The notes under the pieces: generated by a model
Database searches by the model: none
Told to the model about the DNA's origin: nothing
The model's input: the letters and a program-made list of their open reading frames with translations, nothing else
Shown: positions 53,506 to 64,000 of the stretch, one piece after another
Numbering within the stretch: the first letter of the stretch is position 1
How the letters are laid out: each line of letters starts with the position of its first letter
Origin: Lama guanicoe
Taxonomy: Eukaryota
Assembly: GCA_013239625.1 (NCBI GenBank)
Contig: MU053136.1
Location: 452,017-516,016 of the forward strand
Length of the DNA: 64,000 bases
Direction of reading: 5' to 3'
Made by a program: the position numbers and the translations under genes

Positions 53506-54946
53506 GTGAGTTTGGTTCTAGGAGCCATGATTCTACCTCCTAACTCTCTGGATGCCTCTGCAGCCCCCAAATCTACCAGTGCCCTGCCTTCCCCAATGCT
53601 CCTAATCTTTCTCCAGGGTGCCCTCAATCTGTGTCTGCAATATGCCCCCTCACCCCCATGTTCCTTGAATCTAACTCAGACAGGCTCACTGTAGGACGAG
53701 GGCAACTATGGCAGGAAATGTGGTGTGGGAGGGTGCAGGTCCCTGCTTCCAGAGGGGAGGGAGCGCCAGACCCGGGGTGGGGGTAAGCGAGAGCAGAAAA
53801 GCTTGTAAAGGGCGATTGGGAGGGGGGCCAACCCTGAAAGTGCCCTCTGTCTTCCCCACAGCTCATCCCGATGATTGGCTTCATTGGCCTGGGCATGGGC
53901 AGCGCTGCACTCTACTTGCTACGGCTCGCCTTGCGCAGCCCGGACGTCTGGTAAAGGCCTGGCTTGGGACACAGTAAGGGGTCCTGGGTTGGGCAAGATG
54001 GGGTAGGAATGCCTCTCAGGGACGGTGGGAAATCCCCAGGTATCTAGGGGCTGGAGCCAGCTCCTGACCTGGGAGGCCCCCACCTCCCCTAGGGCCTCCC
54101 CTAGGGCCCACCCGACTGACTGACCGCTCACTCCTCCTCACTCCTTGGTGGCTCAAGAGTGGGCCAGCTTTGGGTTGCAGAACTTGTACTGGCCTGGTTA
54201 CCATGGCGACGTGGCTCTGCTGCCTCGCCGCAGCTGCCGCCGCCGCCACCACCTCTATCTTGCTGCCCAAGCACGGTGGAGTGGGGGTGGCTGGGTGAGC
54301 TGTTGGGGGTGCTTCTGGGGCCAGGGCTGCGGGGAGAGATGGGCTTCAGGGAGATGCCAAGCCCCGCCAGAGGTGGAATTTGTTGTCTCAATTCGAGGCC
54401 CATCACTGCAACCCCAGCACCTTGGGATTTCTGCCTGATTCCCACCTCTCTGCTCTGCAGGGCTAACCTAGGGTGCTAGGGAGCAGGTGGGATTCCTTGG
54501 GCTAGGTTGTCAGTCTGTCACCTGGCCCCACACTGACAATAGTGACAGCCTTCTTGTCTCCCTTGTCAGCACCCAATAACGCGCCCCCTCAGTCTCTGGG
54601 AAATGGACCCCTACAGAGAAAAGGGTGCTGGGGTGGGGGCAGAGACCCGAGATGTCCCCTTAGCTCCCAGAGAGGAAGCCCTAACCCTCCTCCCTCTCTA
54701 CAGCTGGGACCGAAAGAACAACCCAGAGCCCTGGAACCGCCTGAGCCCCAATGACCAATACAAGGTACTTGCCAGTGGCTTTAGGGTTGCACCTCCATCC
54801 GCTCATCTCTTGATCCCAGTTCCACAACCCCTAACCCCCAGCAAAGGGAGGCCTGGGCACTCAGTGCAATCCCCCTTTCTCCCCCATAGTTCCTTGCAGT
54901 TTCCACTGACTATAAGAAGCTGAAGAAGGACCGGCCAGACTTCTAA
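53449..54946 (+). CDS. NDUFA4L2: NDUFA4 mitochondrial complex associated like 2 (hypoxia-induced; also called COXFA4L2), complete, 87 aa
   Basis: Four exons, 264 nt: [87 protein letters not shown]. Confidence 0.97.
53862..53950 (+). CDS. NDUFA4L2: NDUFA4L2 coding exon 2 (transmembrane helix)
   Basis: ccacag| ... |gtaaag; 89 nt. Confidence 0.95.
54704..54764 (+). CDS. NDUFA4L2: NDUFA4L2 coding exon 3
   Basis: ctacag| ... |gtactt; 61 nt. Confidence 0.95.
54890..54946 (+). CDS. NDUFA4L2: NDUFA4L2 coding exon 4
   Basis: ccatag|; TAA at 54944-54946. Confidence 0.95.
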   Translation, partial: FLAVSTDYKKLKKDRPDF

Positions 54947-55818
54947 GCCTGGCAGTAGTGCACGTCCATGTGAACCACCGGCCAGCCTACTCATTTCTTC
55001 CACTCTCCACCCTCCACCCCAGGGCGCCACTCTAGCCACCCTGTCCAGCTCTTGCTTACACAGGCCGGGTTCCCACGAGGAGGGGAGGTAGCCCCACCCC
55101 CAGCCTCTTCCCTCACTCCCAGCAGCGGAAGCGCCTCTGACCCTCAGCTTGAGTCTCACGAGGGGGAGGGGGAGCTAGGAGGGCAGACAGCATCCTGGTT
55201 GACCTAAAAGGGCCATGTCAGCCCCTCTGCCCCGCTACCCGGGCCTCACAGGGTGTGGTGCGTATGCTACGTGTTGAGCGTGGCCTACGTGAGCCAAGAG
55301 CAAGCAGGGGCCTCTGATTGCCAAGTGACGTGGCAGGCCCCATGTTAGCCCAGGCTCCAGGCGCCAGCCCAGGGGCGGTGCTGCCCTGACTCGACTGGGC
55401 TCGACTGGGCTCGCCCCTGACAGCCCAGCCAGCTTGTGAGGATGCACCTACGCCCCTCTGCGCAGCTCGCTCCTCCTGGTGCCCAAGCCTGCTGCCTCTC
55501 GTGCCAATGGGCACCCCCTCCTGCCTCACACCTGGGCCTCTCCCTGCCTTCCCCACCCCTCCCTTGCTCCCCTCTGTCCCCAGGGATCAAACAGAAGCAG
55601 CCGTGGGCAAAATACAATTTCATTTAACAAATTGAATTTGCTGCGCCTGCTAATCACGTCTGGTGTCGGCTCTGATCAGAGACAGAAAGGAGGCTGCAGC
55701 CCCGGGGGTCCTTGTGGTGGTGGTGGGAGGGAAGGGAGGAACACGTTGAGGGAGACAAATCACCACCTGGCCCAGGGGACCCCTCCCACAGTAATAGAAG
55801 CTCAGAGCAGGTTAGCAT

Positions 55819-55824
55819 TTTATT
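55819..55824 (-). terminator. SHMT2: SHMT2 canonical poly(A) signal AATAAA
   Basis: TTTATT on + strand, about 340 nt past the SHMT2 stop. Confidence 0.65.
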
Positions 55825-56165
55825 AGATAAAAACGGAAAGGAGGGTGCCAACCCACCCCTTCCTCTGGCTCACAACGGGAACTCCCCCTCCCCGAGAAAG
55901 AGCAGGGAGTCTATAACACTGAGATAATGGAAGCAGTTAGGGCAGAAAGCCCCAAGCCGCCTCCTTCTAAGTCTTGCTACAAGAAGAAACCTTCTTGGCT
56001 ACAAATTCTGGGAAGGGGAACCACACCTGGCTCTTCCCCTAAGTGGGAGGCCTCTCCTCCTCCAGCAAAAAATTGGCAGATAAGCAGCCCCGCCACCTTG
56101 CCACTTGTCCAGACTGGGGGAAGAGGAATAAAGGTCAGGCTGTGGGCCTCATTTCTTAGATGCCT

Positions 56166-60685
<4,520 letters not shown>

Positions 60686-60779
60686 CGCAAACTGAGGTCA
60701 AGGCCGCAGGAGGTCGACGCCGCAGGAGGTTGAGGCACCAACTCCGGCCAGGGCAAGTAAGGGGTTGGAAGAAAACTGA

Positions 60780-60910
60780 CAGAGGGCGCATGCGCGAGAA
60801 GAGCTACCAGGAAGCTACCGAACTAGGGAGGGGCCTACGCATGCGTGAGCTAGTCCCTTTATATGGTCTTTTGGGAATTGTAGTTTCCGCCCCCCCCCTT
60901 CTTCCGTTTC
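60780..60910 (-). promoter_or_regulatory. SHMT2: SHMT2 CpG promoter with NRF1 and ZNF143/THAP11-type motifs
   Basis: GCGCATGCGC at 60786-60795, ACGCATGCGT at 60837-60846, AACTACAATTCCCAA (- strand) at 60871-60885, ETS-like CTTCCG at 60901-60906. Confidence 0.75.
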
Positions 60911-61855
60911 ATTTCCCGTCTACAGCCCCACGGTCAGAGGCTTTTGCCTGAAAGAAAAGAGATCCAGTGCCGCCCCATCTCCTCACTGTCCTGAAGCTCT
61001 TCAGGGGTATTTTTTTGTTTCGTTTTGTTTTTGATTTTCCTGTCTGTTGTCCATACTGCAACCATTCACTGGGTGTCTACTGAGTACCTAGCCTTATTAG
61101 GCTCTCTTCCTATACAAGCTAGAGAGCTCTGGTGCACTGGAAAGCACCCTGGTTTGGAAGAGTGAGGGACCCGAGTTCAAGTTTCAGCTGTGGGAAATTA
61201 ACTAGCAAATTAACCTCACTTGTAACTCAATAATAAAATAACATATGGTGGGGATTAAATGAGGCTGTGTGTGTAAACATGCTCTGGGATGAATTGTCCC
61301 TCCTCATCCTCCCAAACCTGCCTCCTCTGTGGCCATCCTCTCCTTCCCTGGGACATCTGGGAGCTGAATGAGGTGCCCCCTTCCTGTCCTTGCACATGTT
61401 GAATTTTGCTTTGTGTTGGGTACCTATTCACCATTGCTGCCCCAGCAATCAATGAGCTTTCTTTGTACCCTGGGGCTATAGATCTTTGGAACTGGAAGGG
61501 ATATTCCCTCTTGCCTGACTTATCTAGACTCATTCTTTGGGCAAGGGACTCATGGATCCCTCCAGGAGTAGATCCCCAAACCTAGGCAGCAGAACTGACT
61601 GGGAAATGTGACATAAATATATGAGCCTTTCCTCAGAAGTTCTAGTTCAGTGGCTTTTGCCCACTCACACTGACACACAACAAAACCTCCCCTTGGTGAT
61701 TCTAATAAGCAGTGGTTTTGAGAACCATTGCCTTACATAGCAATATTACATTCATTCATTCGGCCAATATATTGAGCGCCTTCACCATGCCCGGCATGCC
61801 ATAGCCTTGGAGGTATCAGAATAGATCACTGATGGCTGGGACATCAAGAGGTGAA

Positions 61856-61935
61856 GGGGTACAGGTGGGTATGGCTCATGCTTAGCATGCATAAGGTCCT
61901 GGGTTCAATCCCCAGTACCTCCATAAAAAAAAAAA
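61856..61935 (+). mobile_element. tRNA-Ala-derived SINE (Vic-1-like), internally deleted
   Basis: tgcttagcatgcataaggtcctgggttcaatccccagtacctcca + A-tail; AGGTGAA flanks both sides. Confidence 0.82.
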
Positions 61936-62419
61936 GGTGAATAGGTAACAAAATGCAAATGCAACAAGTGCAGTTACAAGTAGGGGCACCTCATTCTGCT
62001 CCCAGATAGCCAAAGAGGAAGGGGAGGAGGAGGAGAGGATGGCAGAGGAGGAGTCAGGTTTGTGAGTCAGAGGAAGAGGAGGAGGACAATTAACTGCAAA
62101 GCCTGTTCACTTGCAAAGTCTCATTTAATCTTCAGAGCACGCTATTTTATTATTGCTTTACAAATGAGGAAACTGAGGCCCAGATGGGCTAACTTGCTAA
62201 TTCCAGTCTTTCCAGTTGGCTCTCATATCAGACCTTAGAAGCTCCACCCCCTCCACCCTAAGCTGTAACCTCCTTCTCTCCCATTCCAGCCTCAGGTGTT
62301 TTCGGGTCTTTCCAGAAATAATAGGCTTGGTGCTGGGAGTTTGCTAGGTTCTTCTCCTTCCTCCAATCTCTGACCGAGAACTGCTTCCCACCTCCCTCCT
62401 CCTTTCAGTTGATACTGTT

Positions 62420-62451
62420 ATCCATCCATCCATCCATCCATCCATCTATCC
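62420..62451 (+). repeat. (ATCC)n tetranucleotide repeat
   Basis: (ATCC)6 ATCT ATCC. Confidence 0.9.
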
Positions 62452-63319
62452 GGTATGTATTTTCCCCTTACCGACTTTTCCCTCCCAGGCCCGTCTGTAT
62501 CAGACTCACCTCCGACTCAGTTTCCCGCTGGAGCCAGTAGGCAATCCTCAGGAGAACACTGCCCTCTCCCAGGCGTACCTACACCCAGGACTCAAGGCGA
62601 AGGAAGGCTGAAGACGAGGTGTCGTTCTGTGCCTCAGCTTGTCGGTACATCCTCTCTCGCCCCAGTCAGGGGTCCCGAGGGGAGGGGGGGGCGGCTGAGC
62701 TTGAGAACTGCTAATGAAGCCGCAGCCAATTAACACTCGGGCCAGGGTTGGGGGCGGATAAAATTATCAGCCGCGTCTGCAGGAGGGAACTGGAGGCGGG
62801 GGTGGGGAACCTCGTCTCAGGGCTCCTTCCCTCCCTCCCCCCTCCGTCTGCAAACTCAGCGCCCACGAAATTAGGAAGGAAAAGGAAGATCGATGACTCC
62901 AGATGCCGCAAACACCGTTTCCCCTCCCCCCCACCTGCCTCCTCCCTCCAGCTCCGCGGAGCTTAGCAGGTTGTCAGCGCTCTGCCTACGCTGTCCCTGC
63001 ACCTCCATCCCATTCAAAGCCTTATACCTCCTCCCCCAAGTAGTCCCAAATAGTCCGCTGGTGGTCCCCTTTCAGGTCTAATCCCCATTCTATTTGCAGC
63101 AGCTTCACATCGCCCACACCTGGGAGGAAAATCCTCACCCCAGGCAGGGCTCTTATCCCAAGGGTCTCCTCCACGTGTATCTGATGTGGTCTTGGATGAC
63201 CTCCAAGGTGCTAGCTCTGTCAATATTTGCCTCGGTTTCCCCAGGAGCCGCGGTGGGAGGAGGCCCTGGCCAGACATAAATCCACACCACCACCCCACTT
63301 CCCTACAAAGGTCTCACAC

Positions 63320-64000
63320 AGACGCCTATTGGATTTCACTTTATTTTGTTCCCTTTCCCGTCTGTTTTGGCGTTAAGTAAATAAATAAAATCACTGAGAG
63401 GAAGCAGCCGGAAAGGTGGAGCAAGACGGCAGGGACAGGAGGGAGGCGGGCAGAGGGCAGGGGCCCGAGTCAATCGCCTTCGCCCAGGAGTTCTGCTTCT
63501 GCTACCCTAATTATTGGAGTTTCGGGGAACGGAAGGGACTGGCATACGGCAGGCAGAAGGATAACGGGATAGGCTGCGGTTTACAAGACCTTATGGTCTT
63601 TACATGGGCACAGGGTGAGGGACAAGCGCCTGGGGGTAAGGAAGTCACGGCGGAATGAGGGTGTCAGGCCGGGCGTTATTAAAGCTGTGGGCAAAGGGAG
63701 AATCCAGCCCAGCGCCAGCGGCGTAAAGTGGACTCAGTGTGGACGCAGGGGACGCTGGGACCGCCTCCAAGCCCCACCTATTCTGTAGCTTCGCTCTTTC
63801 CCCTTCACTTTGGGTTGTTCTGTAGTCAAGGGAGCTACCTTCAGCCTTGTGGGCACCCCCATAGGGAAAAGGGGGCGCTCGCCAGCCGATGGTCCCTGGG
63901 AGGGCTGTTTCTCTCCACGCCCAGGCTGGAAGTTGTGGATGTGGGCACAGGGAGGGGTCCCACTTAGGGAGCTGGGGATTTGGCGGGAAGCTCAGGGCCG
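63320..64000 (-). other. NXPH4: Probable 3' UTR end of NXPH4 (coding part outside the window)
   Basis: AATAAA on - strand at 63340-63345. Identity rests only on conserved synteny (NXPH4 lies directly upstream of SHMT2 on the same strand); no coding sequence is visible. Confidence 0.5.

Noticed and set aside
55390..55413. CTCGACTGGG x2.4 tandem repeat in the NDUFA4L2 3' UTR
   Set aside because: Short local duplication with no evident function.

Overview
Mammalian genomic DNA containing the conserved gene block R3HDM2 (+, 23 coding exons in the window, N-terminus upstream) - STAC3 (+, complete, 363 aa) - CpG island - NDUFA4L2 (+, complete, 87 aa) converging tail-to-tail with SHMT2 (-, complete, 504 aa), probably followed by the NXPH4 3' UTR (-) at the right edge. 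I resolved exons by hand from GT-AG sites; the joined exon lengths keep a consistent frame (2982, 1092, 264 and 1515 nt). Short tRNA-Ala-derived SINEs suggest a camelid host, which is an inference. I found no new protein-coding system; apart from one LINE-1 ORF2 remnant, the ORF-track entries are exon read-through or chance ORFs. The best candidates for undescribed elements are: (1) a possible 4-nt frameshifting microexon in R3HDM2 with neural-type splicing signals; (2) a 19-bp-stem intronic hairpin in R3HDM2; (3) a CpG-rich cryptic exon or internal promoter in R3HDM2; (4) a dense POU octamer cluster between STAC3 and NDUFA4L2; (5) an HRE/UPRE cluster and a two-way poly(A) element at the NDUFA4L2/SHMT2 3' junction; (6) a (GGGCT)7 repeat that sets where an upstream ORF of NDUFA4L2 stops. 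All six are motif-level hypotheses that need data.
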